Source: Hydrolagus colliei (lineage: Eukaryota). From it: DNA of 64,000 bases. Where the stretch lies: positions 13,330,001-13,394,000 of the forward strand of contig CM068755.1 of the NCBI GenBank assembly GCA_035084275.1, written 5' to 3'. Positions 36,601 through 48,960 of this stretch are shown here, piece after piece. The notes under the pieces were generated by a model. The model had not been told where the DNA came from. It saw only the letters and a program-made list of their open reading frames with translations, and did not search any database. The translations under genes and the position numbers were made by a program. Positions within the stretch are counted from its first letter, which is position 1, and every line of letters starts with the position of its first letter.

Positions 36601-39600
36601 TTAATGGATTGATGTGGCTAAGTTAATTAACCGTGATAGCAAATCTAAAATAGCTTGTGATCATCATAACCTGAATTACAACTTGTAATTTCCTCTGTGC
36701 CGCATCTTGTTTGGAGAACATTTAACCATGAAACTGAACAATACACGTATAATGTGAATAATCTTTGCATTTGTCAAGATGTCCAAATCCCTGCCCGTCC
36801 AGTGCCTTGGGACATCCTCCCGACATGAAAGGCTCTATACAAATGTAATTTTGTATTGTGTGGCATGGCTCAAAATGCTTCACGGGATATAATGTAAAGT
36901 GTTGTGACTGTGTGTACATTGTATTGTCCACACTGTGACCGAGAGAAGTCTTGGATTTTCCACAGAGTATCTTATTATTTATTTTACCGTGTGGGTGATG
37001 TTCCTCAGGTTAAAAAACATCCCTGTAGACAACTATGTTGCCAGAAAAGGGTTAATAAGCAATTGCAGTCGCAACAGTGCAATTATAGGTGGATCAGTGC
37101 AATTAAATGTCACACTCTGAATTCATATTACATACTGTATTTGCAAAACAGCAGTGATTTATTCTCAACACTACAGGATCAAATTACTCTTTTTTTAAAA
37201 AAAGAAAAAATGGGTTATCTGAATCAAGTGGCTCCGCGTCTGCTTTTTATTGAAACAAAGTCCCATTTTTTTCAATGCTTCAACATAGGAAAGCTGTAAA
37301 TGTTGGTAATTGCAGAGTCCGGATAATACTCTGAAATATGGATGGTTCACAATTTTAGCGCCCGAATGTAGACGCTCTTTATTCTGTAATTGGCCCTGCC
37401 ATGAATCATGCAATTGAGAAACTAGCGGAGCCCATGTTTTCCTTCTAAATGATATCTAAGGTTACCAAAACAAACACTTAAACACAAGCTAGCAGATAGC
37501 AATAAATGGTAGGAATCTATAACAAAATACTGCACAAGACATTTGTATTGTGATTCCACTAGCGATTCCACTGTTCCCCCAAACCAATAGCAACAGCGTA
37601 AAACAAATCCTAACTCAGAATACAGATCTAGGAAATGTAAGGGCAAATTTGATTTAATTGATTTCAGAAGGGGGTTGGGTTAGAGAGAAAGCAGACTTGC
37701 ATTTATCACTATGATCATTGATTCAGCATTCTGGTTGTGAAGCAGCCTTTGAAATGATCAGGAGTAATTTGGCTATTTCCTACAGTTAAGTTTGGAGGAT
37801 ATTCTTTAACGTATAATTAGAGAGCTGGCAAAACGCAATGAGAAATTAAGTGTGTTCTGACCAGAGACACTGCTCTCGATTGATTGACAAAATGAATGCC
37901 ATTCATCTTCAGAGAATAAGCAAGCGTCTAGCATTCAGATTTTCACTGCAAGTGGGTAATAGAGCAGAAATGAGCATCACAGACTTACACTGGGACATTA
38001 AAATGCTTTGCACCGTAAATGTAGACTCATTGAAATCACTATTGAGCACGTTTCATCGTGTCATTTGGCAGGAATTTTCATTAAAGGCACGACAAAACTC
38101 CTTACCATGAACACGTGCATTAAGCAGTTGGCGATGAGGAAGCTTTCCTGAACAGACAGGACCTCGATTTAACATCTCATCTCCAACAATGCAGCACTCC
38201 TCCCACACATTCAAGAGTCAGCCTAGACCATGTGTACCCCTCACAAATCAGATCCTAGTCCCCAACTGTTCAGCGCCTTGGGACATCCTCCCGATGTGAA
38301 AGACGCTTTACAAATGTGATCACGTATTGTCTTCCAAAGTCTCAAAGTGGGGTTTAATCCCACATTCTCTGATCCAAATGCATCTTCCACTATGGATAAA
38401 ACAAGAGGTGACCATTGCTAAAACCTTCTCTTGTCAAATCAATTTCATTGTGGAGCATTGACTTTAGAATACTAGCTTAGTATTGCAAAGGAAGTCATAC
38501 AAAAGTACAATCAATCTTTAGAGACATTGGTTGGCCAATGCAACAGTCTATATTTGTGTAAAATTATGCTTGGAAATACTTATCCCAGCATTAAGAAAAC
38601 CTTCTTAAGATTCCCTTTCATGTGCAGTACTGCAAGTATTCCAAGAGTACAGAAACAAAAGTCAAGGAAAAGCACTCTTGATCTGAAGATAAGTGTCTCC
38701 AAAAAAGGAACGGTCCCAGATTGTAAGTAGAGATGCCATGGGTAAAATCCCAGAGTTTGAACAATCTCTTGCTGATCACGTACAGGATTCCAGGCACCTC
38801 TCTTGAGCCCAGCGAATTCTGTTTCTCACTGGTCTAGAGAGTCATGATAATTTATAATTACAGTATGACAGAAGGATATGTGAATGCAATGGAACCAAAA
38901 CAGTCAGGAGGCAAACAAAATAACCCAGAGTAAAAGAAAAATTGTTCGGATAAACATTATCTAGATAAACGTTGTCCGCTGGATGTATGGGGAGTGGGAG
39001 GGTGGGGGGGAGGTTGGAGAGAATTCTGGCGAGCTGGAATTTCCAAATAAGTGTAATTACAATAACGGTACCAGAATTATAATTGTTTGAAATCCGAGCG
39101 AGCAGAAGATAGCAAAGAAGCCACTTTCTGCTCACGGGATATAGACAATCAGTTTTCATGTTGAAACTAATTGCATGATAGAAAATGAGAAGTTTGACTT
39201 AACAAACGAAGTACTGCAGGAAGTCTAGCCAATTCTAATTGTCCAAATAATTTGTGACACGTTTTGTAAGCTGAACACATTAATGTGAAGAAGCGAACAT
39301 TTGGAATTGAACACTCGATGTGTGAAAAGAAAACATCCCACAATGTATTAGGAATAGAGTTACTAAATTATCAAATGTTTGAGATATAGAACAACTAGTT
39401 AAACCATGCATTGTCAGAGAGAAAAAAAAAGGCAATTAAACTCATACACAAGCCCCACTGGCTTGTTTTAAAATTTTACTTCTGTTTGAAGAAATTTGCT
39501 GATGCAGATTTGCTATCACATTTGCTGATATAAGAGACACTGCAACTCAAAAGTAACTCAAGATGTGAAATACTCTTAGATGTTTAGGTATAATAAGGTG

Positions 39601-40499
39601 CTTTACTGTCAAGTAGCACATTACAATCTGCAATTAAGACCAGCCAAAATAATTTCATCGAGAACCCTGATTGAGGGCATTGTATTTGTCAGGAGGGCAT
39701 TCCAGCGTACTTGAGGGGAATAGATGTAGTACAGCCATTCCTTCTGCTCAGCTATATCCATCCAGGAGTCCCTTTGCCTCGATCTCTCCCTCCACAGGTT
39801 TCAAGCCTGCCTTAGGACTTATCGTTTGACCACACTTTCGTTCACCTGTCCTTCGTCCCCTCCCCACCCACCCTGTCTTCCAAGTTTGACTCCAATTTGT
39901 AAAGCACAATCAGACATCCTCTGAACATAAAACCTGCCATGTGAATTGTTGCTGTCGTTTGTTCCTCATCCACAGTTCAAAAAAAATATCAGATCAGAAA
40001 CACCATTGTCCATATGTAGTGGTTACTTCAACATGCATGTGGTTCTAACACTACCTTGCAGGAAGTACAAGAGTTGCCCTGGAAACCAAACAGCTGAAAA
40101 CAACAAATAAGAAGCACGATGACTCAGGATGCAAAGTGCTTAAGTTGCTTAGCAGTTACACTGCAGCCAGGGTACAAAAGACCACAATGGAACCACCGTG
40201 TCTCTTTTCTGCTGACACAATAAAATTTTCAGATGGAACCAGGTTGGCTATCTTTCCCCTCTGCTTGAGATCTGGTACTTAAATTGAAGTTCAACACAAG
40301 ACAGTGGCAAGCCCTACCTAAAAAAAACAATTAATTCGGATAGATTGTATTTGAAATCTGATGCATAGGATCAATCATTTTTTTTTAAATGAGGAAGGTA
40401 ACAAAATCTATTTCAGGATAGATTTTGAGGCCGAGTGCACTCTAACGTCCAAGTCATTTGAAAAAATTAATATACATTCATCATAAAAGCCGAAATATC

Positions 40500-40745
40500 A
40501 CATTGCTCTATACCAACTAAGGCACTTATATATCGCGTCTTCCACGCCAGGTAGCATCTCAAAGTGCTCAGCAGTCGCGGAACCAGAAACCCCAAGCCTG
40601 GGGTGAGTGGGGGGAGGTGGCCGTAAGCACGGTCGAAAAGGAAGGGATTCAGATGGACTTGAAAAGTGGCACAGAGGAGGCAAGGCGGAGGGCTTGAGGG
40701 AGAGTGTTCCAGAGTTTGGGGGCATAATGGCTAAATGCAATACCA
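40500..40745 (-). mobile_element. L2-clade LINE 3' fragment
   Basis: Reverse complement resembles 9560-9835 (CTCTGGAACACTCTCCC...TTTCAAGTCC...GAGCACTTTGAGATG...GACGCGATATATAAGTG). Confidence 0.7.
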
Positions 40746-41042
40746 ATGCAAGCTAATTGGAGCCAATTAATATTGTGCTGCAGCAAAGATTCTGGTAATT
40801 ATGGCCCTGGTGAATTCTTTCCCACATACCATGAACAGTCTTCCAAATATGGTAAGAGATATTTGTTATTGTAGCCACATTTGCTACACAAAGCTAGTCA
40901 TAACAGATGCAGTTTTAAATGTAATTTAAATTACACAACAACAACATTTATACAGCGTCTTTCATGTCAGGAATACATCCCAAGGTGTCGAAACACACAC
41001 AGTATGTTCCTGATACCCTCCAGGGTTGTCACTTAGTTCTTT

Positions 41043-41085
41043 AGAATGTAAAGCTGGTGAATGGAAATCACCAGCTTTACATTCT
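41043..41085. repeat. Perfect inverted repeat, 18-bp arms, 7-nt loop
   Basis: AGAATGTAAAGCTGGTGA-ATGGAAA-TCACCAGCTTTACATTCT. Confidence 0.92.
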
Positions 41086-41739
41086 TTACAGCCAAAGTTA
41101 CTGTCAATAAAGCTACCAGCAATTTGATTTCTTTGAGCCTATGAGTCCAAATTTCCTGAACCTTTCACTGGTTGTAATCGATGACCTAAAATGCTCAGTC
41201 CATTTTTTAAATTAAAAAGCTTAAGAAAGAGCTTTCTCTCAGCTATTACTGGGGAGGGGAGAACGGATTTTTATTATTGAATTTAATATTATTTTAAAAG
41301 ATTTTTTAATTGAATTTACTATTATTTCAAAAGCCACCTCCCAGCATTACCTTGCTGGTGGGCTCACTCCATAACTAGTGTGGGAGGGGATCATGTGATA
41401 AATGATGTAAAGCTCTAACTGGGGCAGATGGCTGGTGTGTGTGTAAAAAAAAATCTCTGGGGCTTTAGAAGATTGGAGTACATGAAATGTGCAGTGGAAT
41501 GAAAAGCAATGCGACCTATTTTCTGAATGTCAACATAAGGATACTTTAGACAGGTCTGTTGGAGGGGTGATCACATGAGAGTTACAACTGCGTGTCAATC
41601 TAAGTGTGACACAACAATGTTCTGTCAATAAACACAGCCTTTATTACTGAAGCAGTTAAGAGGAACTTTTCCTGCGCTCTTATTTATACTGTCATTTTTG
41701 GTGGGTGGGGGGGGGGTGTAGGGGGGAGGTTGGAAACCC

Positions 41740-41972
41740 CCTTCACTTTTTGACTGGAAGTATGGGATCTTTAACATCCACCTGAACAGGGAGACAAGAC
41801 CTCTGTTTAATGCTTCAATCAAAGGACAGCACCTCCAACAATGCAAAATACTCCCAGCGACACATCCTCTTTGATTCTTAAAAGACTGTGTGATTCCAAG
41901 TACTGGCGTGGGGCTTGAACCCATAACCTCCTGACTTTGAGGCAAGAGAGCTACCAATGCACCAAGCTGACA
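41740..41972 (-). mobile_element. tRNA/Deu SINE, head and Deu domain
   Basis: Reverse complement has GGGTTCAAGCCCCA and GGAGGTGCTGTCC...TCAGGTGGATGTTAAAGATCCCAT. Confidence 0.8.
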
Positions 41973-43774
41973 CACATCCAGCCTCACAGTATAGTTGGTA
42001 ATATTGTAGTTGAGACACTCTCTGACAATCAGTTTCTGTTGCACACTGTAGTTTTGAATCATTGTATTGTTCCTATTTCATCCTTGTAGAAGGAAACTTC
42101 ATCTGATAATGGCATTAATTCAGAGTGCCAGTGGACTAATAGCATTGGTGCCCTCATCTGTTGAAAGAGTCAAAATGGCGTAGATACTAATCCAGATTGC
42201 ATCCATCGCCAATCAATCATCTTAATTAGGGTCTTAAATCTACTAATGGCAAACAGTTTCTACAGAGTTAAAATTATATTAGAAATGCAACACGGCATTA
42301 ATACTGTGAAAATGAGATTGAACAACAAGAAGGTTATTTTCTGCCCACACTACATTAATGTAAAAATTATCACCATTTACAAACTGGACAGAATAATATG
42401 CAAGGTAGAAAATGCTATTCAATGAATCCAACCAGTACAATGCTTTTATTTTGTTTTTTAAAAAATCTGCTTTGGGGTGGAAAGTTTTTTTGTTGCAGAA
42501 ATAGTACATTCAAAAAAAATGTTTGAATTATAGGTTTTGTTTATCGTTTATAAATGATATCTGTCTACACACATTCTAAATACAACTCTGAAGCATGGAA
42601 GAGAAGTTCCCTCCTGTGTCTTGGCCAACAATACCCCAGGTAAAATTGGTCATTCGCTTGATTGCCATGCTGAAATTGGCTGTCACCCACAAAATACACA
42701 AGTCACTACACTTTACAGGAATGCCTGTGAAGCGCTCTGCTATATTCTCCAGAGGTAAAATGCACTATGGCAAATGCAAGGGTTATTATTAGGACATAAT
42801 TTTTAAGGCCATTCATACCATTCCCATTCTATCTACTTTAAACATCTAAACTGAGTTTCTCATTTGTTTATCAGGATTTTACCGTTTCATTGATTCCTAC
42901 TATTGTCACCTTATGCAGATATTGTGTATGTACTTTACACTCGATGCTGTTCTTTAACAGAACATCTTAATGATGATCATTCAGCTTCTCTTTGTTTGAA
43001 TACGGAGGATACCATGGTTACATTACTTCATTATGAGATACATTTAATGATCTGCAAATGTCAAACTCGAGGATTTAGGTGAATTTTATTGATTCATTTC
43101 CAGGTCTTTGCAAGTTCATACACTGAAAATAAAATGTTTACCTGTGCTCTTAAGTAGGTATTCAGGGCATTACTGGATTATCAAGCAAAGTAGCTGCAGA
43201 CACGTATTTTTCAGAAGTATTTAAATCTGCATCTCTTGAATTTGACTCCTACTAGAGAAGAACGATGACTTTTCTGTACTACCCACTGTGTCATATTTGT
43301 ACAGACTCGGGTATACCAGTTCCCATGCCCAACAATTTATGAAATCAAAAGAAATGTTCCAAAGAGTAAATGACTACTATGGGTAACCATTTTGCTTTGA
43401 TACAGGAACCTCATCTCTCCCAATTTAAAAGGCGCTATACAAATGTAAATTTTGTTGTTGTTGTTTACAAAGTTTCCCTGTTCTGTACAAAATGGTTCCC
43501 ATATCAAAATAAAACACATCTACTTTGACGCATAAAGAACAACAACTTGCGCCCCTCACATAGGATAATGTCTCGGAGAGTTTCATATTATTTGATCTGC
43601 AAGTGATAAAATAACAGCAACTTGCACTTATATAGTGCCCTCAACGCAGGGTAGCATCTCAGAGAACTTAATAAATGCACTTCCAATATTTTGGGTTATA
43701 TTGAGTTTTGTACATTTATCAAAGTACAGTATCTGGGGAATCTTCAAAATCTCAGAATGCACTCAGGTCTAGAA

Positions 43775-44194
43775 ATGTAGGAACACTGGAACAGAAGTAG
43801 GCCATTCAGCCCTTCGAGTCTGTTCCGCCATTTAATTAGATCACTGCTGACCTGTACCTCAACTAATCCTTTCAATTCCAATTTCCCGCTTTCTCTCCAT
43901 ATCCCTTAATACCCTGACTTACCAAAAATCTATCAACCTCATTCTTGAAGGTTGGAAGGATCCAGCATCCATAACGTTTTAGGGGAGAGAATTCCAGATT
44001 TCTACCACCCTTTGAGTGAAAAAATGGTTCCTGATTTCACTCTTAAATGGCCTGGTTCTAATTTTAAGACTATGCCCACTTGTTGTGGATTCCCCCACCA
44101 GAGTAAATAGCTTCTCTCTATCTACCCTATCAAATCCTTTTATCATCCTACATGTCTCAAACAAATCACCCTTCAACCTTCTAAACTCGAGGGA
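43775..44194 (-). mobile_element. 5'-truncated CR1 LINE (ORF2 C-terminus and 3' UTR)
   Basis: GDLFETCRMIKGFDRVD...GHSLK...FFTQRVVEIWNSLP is the CR1 ORF2 tail; 3' end GGGCTGAATGGCCTACTTCTGTTCC. Confidence 0.9.
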
Positions 44195-44238
44195 TCAACC
44201 TTCTAAACTCAAGGGATCAACCTTCTAAACTCAAACTC
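44173..44238. repeat. 22-bp tandem repeat, about 3 units, at the CR1 5' junction
   Basis: TCAACCTTCTAAACTCGAGGGA / TCAACCTTCTAAACTCAAGGGA / TCAACCTTCTAAACTCAAACTC. Confidence 0.9.
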
Positions 44239-44281
44239 TAGTTTGAGAGTTATGTTACCATGAGTACACAGGGAATTATCA

Positions 44282-44353
44282 ATGCCCTTAATTATGTAAT
44301 TAAAAGGCAACTCATCTTTTTTTACTAATTGTTAATTGCATAATTAAGGGCAT
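44282..44353. repeat. Inverted repeat, 22-bp arms, 28-nt spacer
   Basis: ATGCCCTTAATTATGTAATTAA (44282-44303) versus TTAATTGCATAATTAAGGGCAT (44332-44353); 21 of 22 complementary. Confidence 0.9.
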
Positions 44354-47300
44354 CTGTAAATCTTTCTTTAAACATTGATCCTTTTGGCACTAAAAAAAAT
44401 CCTTCCACAACCATTATGTGGCTGACAGCAAGCGCCTCAATGAATAAATAGGGTTTGCTTCAGAAAATCTCTTTCCTGTTCATCAGATGCAATCAAAAGA
44501 GTGCAGTATAGACAAGAGATTTCATTCTGAGTCAATGTCTCAAAGCTTATTGTATCTATCGCATCAAAAAAGCCTTTCGACCATTGAGTCCATGCCTTTC
44601 CCCCATCCTAAAGTCCTTTCTCTAGCCAATCCCAAACACCTCTGTTACCTTCACTCTTGTATGAAGGTGCTTCCTAAAAGCGTTGTTGCTTTCTGTTTCA
44701 ACGCAACCAGAATGAAGTCTAATCTTTTCCAACTGAGTCCACAAAAAAATTGTAAAACAACAACCAACCCACCCCAATTTCACCTTCAAAAGACAGTCAA
44801 CTACATTTTACAGTGAATTCTGTGGTGATCTATCAGATGTTCTCCTGATGTAATAGGTGCTATCATCGCAAGCAGCCTTATAATTTATTTCAGGTTTAAC
44901 AATTTTTTTTCAAAAAATTGCAGCATACCCTCTAAACTATCATCACAGACTTATCCCATGAGCTGATGGCACAACTTCACACAGCGTGCTGTTAATTCAT
45001 TAATTCTGTTCCTATTCTGAGACATTTATGCACCTATTTCTTTTAGCAAATTATGGAGACAGCAATGTTCCACATTAAGTCAAATTCAGTGCCAATACCA
45101 AAACCCAACCATTCTACTTTAAAATTTCCCCAAATAGTAATTTGCATTGTACTGACATAAATCAGACCCACCTCAAGGCTTGCTTTCATGTCTATGTCAA
45201 TACATATTAATTCAACTGTAAGCGGCCACCTGCCTAGATAAACTAGCAGTGACTTGTGACCCAAATCCCAGAAGCATTCTCTCTTACAACTGCTGCTACT
45301 CCATTCACTTATCACCTCCCTTAACAACCGTTGACTCACTGTGACACCTAGCAGTCGGAAACATTAAAATAAACCTTTGCCTGTGCATATTGTGTGTGCG
45401 TATCACATCCTACTTGTGAACATACACAAAACCCTATTAAATCCATTAAGAATGATTCTCATTTACCAGCTTGGTTATTCGATCGGAAAAATAACAGAAA
45501 TGGAGACATACTAGTGTGTTCCATCTCTGAAATTCTCCAGTTCTTTGCTGAGTTTATTGATGGAGGTAATGGGAATTACCCATGAGTAGCCAGTTACAGA
45601 GTAACATTAAAGTGCCTGCTGAAGATATGTTGTTTTGCTGGATCTCCCTTCGAAAAGGGCAAGCAAATAAGGAAAGAGGTTTGAAAAACATCAATACACA
45701 ATAGCCAGAATTAATCTTCAGGCAGACAAGAAGTACAATGCCTGCATGGCAAGCAATAGATTCACCGAGGTGGTGTATTCATTGTGAAAGCAAAAGCTTA
45801 TGAGCAAAGCATTCGGCCTTAAGTTACTCAACCAGTTTTATACCATCTGATCACCAGGTGTAACCCAATTTTACAGATGGGTTACTTTCACGTGAAATGA
45901 ATAATCTATGAACAATTATGTTTAGTGCAATGTCAAAATTGAAACGGTGGACCTCACAGCATAGAAATGAGTCAATTCAGGCCATTGTGTGTGTCTTATG
46001 TGAAAGGATGGATGGATATTTTTTTCAGTGGGCAGGATAGAGAAAAGTTTTGATGGGCAGGACTACAGAAAACTTTTGACTACTGAACGCCCAACAATAA
46101 GATCCAATCTCAAATCATAATGTAGAGTGATATTTACAGTAAGATTTCCACCAGAGGGCATTTTTTAACCTAGCGGGTGGTGATCTGTGGAAAGGAAATA
46201 AAATGACACGGAGGTGAGGTGATATGGAAGCTTTCCTTTTACACCAACCACATCCGCTCCCAATATATCTCCTGGCAGGTTACCAAGAGACTATGAAGGT
46301 ATCTGCAATCGTGCCTCGCCCTCCTATCCACATGATACCAGAATTTATCTCGTTTAAAGCTGTGATGAATGCTCCATAATTGATCTCCCTCTATCTGGTT
46401 TGGGGAAAGAAGAAACACAGAGCTCCTGTTCCTCATTCCCATCCAATGAGTTGTCCTGGGAAAGTGGGATACATGGGGTTTTACCTCTCTCCTCCTTCCC
46501 CTCTCGTACAGCAACACTCTCAGTCTTCCACCCCTCTCTGTACTCTCAGGTTCCCATCTTATCCACGATACCCACACAGTGCTTTGCACAGGTGCAGCAT
46601 CCATTTTTACGCTCGAAAACTGCACACAACGTGCAGAATCTGGGGAGTCGGAGCGGGAAAGTTGAGGCGCACAGGCACAACGCAGCTAGCGCATGGTGCA
46701 GATGTTCGGGTGAGCAGTTGGTCACAATGATTAAGAAATTAATGGAGCAGCAGATGAAGGACTGGTTCACCATCTGCAAACACATCGGGAATAAAGGGAG
46801 CTGCGAAGAGATCTCAACTGGAAACAATGAAAAGGTCAAGAAACACTGGTGCAGACTTGGAAACCGAGTTTCAGCAGAGACTGCCTTTGAAGAGGAATTA
46901 AATTAAAATTTTCAGGGCTGTGATATTGTTGTGGTCTTTAGGGTTGGGAATTGTTTAAAAGCTATTGGTTGGACACTGTACAATTGTTCTTTCAATGCAA
47001 ATTAATGTTCCTGTGACTTTCAGAGTTCTATCTGCTGTCACATTGGAGCTGTATAAATGGGTACACCTGGCGCTCTGCCATAGCAGAGGATTGGTCTGGT
47101 CGGTTTTTGATTGACCGCAGATGTTTTGAAGTTTCTCTCAAAAATTCCAAGTTAGAAACGTATCCAATGGATCAAAGTCCTTGCAAAACAGGATACCGTT
47201 GTGTAAATTTATATGTTTTGACCTTACCTTTGTTGGAAAAAATCTGAAAAGTTGCTGTGGCTCTACCAAAATTATAAATAGAGATCGTACTTTACTTACA

Positions 47301-48504
47301 AATAATTCAACGTCCCACGAGATGTGAAAATGTAAAAATCACAAAAGCTTCAAACTCAAAATGATCGCAATTGTGAAGCAGCATTTCCAGCCCTAAATTG
47401 AGTTATCCATCCTGAATATTTTCTTAATTGACTTTCTGTGACGCCACAGTTGATTAACTTGGTGAAGCACAACTTGTCTCAGGAAATAATTGGCATGCGC
47501 AGAGCCTAATAACAATTACCACCTATCAAACTCTTTGCACACAAGGGATGTAGCTGCTATTTCATATGCTTGGCAAACTAATCATGTGCAAAATTTAGCA
47601 ATGCGAAATATCCGTTTATTGGATCAATTAATTTTTTTTCTCAAAAGTCATGGGGTGGGCAGATTTATATAAGGCTTTCCAAGTATATGGAGATCAGTAT
47701 TGTACATACGTGTGTAAGTATATATAGATTGGTGTGTGCTTGAGTGCATACGAGAGGGAGGGAAATAAATAACTTTTTGATAAGCCTTTCGCTGATGACC
47801 AAATACAGCACTTTGCGTAGCCTGCAAGAAATTATTCACCTCACTTTGTAAAGGTCTGGATACATAAACTCCAATCGAAACCATCAGTGATCACATATTT
47901 CGAGTCTTTTATAACCTTTAGATACTCTAATTGCTGAATTCAGGTACTTTTGTGTTTATGGAATTGTACCATGAGATTCCTTAAGTAACGCGGGTTCATT
48001 TGTAATCAATTTGAGAAATAAAGATCTTATCTTCTGTTGCTTTACTAAGTAGACACTGATCTTAATAAAGTATTTTAGAGTCAGCTAAATTACACGTTAG
48101 AGCAAGAGTCCGCTTAAGAACTGAATGTTCCTGGGCATATCACATTATAACGTTCTATATTTAAACTGGAAAACAATTGTCACCAGGAAAGGTGTTGATA
48201 GAGAGGTTATGTAAATCACTGAAAAAACTGTTATGATTCAACAAGGGTACACATCGACTAAGCCTTAGCGCTCAGTGGTTTTGGATTATGTGGAGCTGTA
48301 CATTCTTGCTGCGATTCAAAATACACAGAATGAACTGTGTCTCTAGCACAGGGATGACAGTACACCTGAGATCCTGCCCCATCTGGAAGGCAGTGATTTC
48401 AAGAACAATTTGCACTTGTGCATTCTAATTGTACATATTAGACTGGGCTCACTTCCCGCATATTGTGTCCAAACTTTTGAACAATAGGTACATTCACTTA
48501 TATG

Positions 48505-48960
48505 GTACATTTCACAATGAGAGGATGTCTCAAAGCACTTCATACAGCTGCCTGATAGCCTGAGCTTAGGGAGGGGGCGAGAGAAAGCGAGGAAAACTGA
48601 GAAGGACATGGTAAAAGGTTGCTGAAAAGGACGGTGGAGGAACTCGAGGATGGAATCTAAAAGAGTGAGGGCAGCGTGGCTGAAAGGCTCGTCCGATGGC
48701 GGCAGTGTGGGGCAGAGCAGGCGTGTTACGTGAAGCAAGGGAGAAGTTCACTGTGTGGCAGGGTCCCAGCGTGTCACACAGATGGGCTGGGATGAGAGAA
48801 TAGAGGCATCTGAGTGGTCAAGAACCTCAAATTTGATTTGCAGATGAACGGGAAGCAAATGGAGTAGAGCGAGGATTGTCTTGTGAGCCTGGTGTGAATG
48901 GGTTTTGGATGATCTACAGCTTATGTAGGGTTGAGGATCTCAGTGACCTGAAGGATGTGG
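48505..48960 (-). mobile_element. Longer decayed L2-clade LINE fragment
   Basis: Purine-rich plus strand; reverse complement ends in GAAGTGCTTTGAGACATCC and contains GG-RAFSHAA-like ORF2 remnants. Confidence 0.65.

Noticed and set aside
40843-40852. Perfect CArG box CCAAATATGG
   Set aside because: Several are expected by chance in 64 kb at this base composition; no supporting context.
44173-44238. CRISPR-like array or other prokaryotic system
   Set aside because: The repeats are adjacent with no spacers, and the window is spliceosomal vertebrate DNA with no operon-like or cas sequence.
46380-46906. Cluster of overlapping 97-168 aa ORFs as a nested gene
   Set aside because: No recognisable domain and no coherent exon chain; only the minus-strand candidate exon at 46284-46394 was kept as a low-confidence lead.
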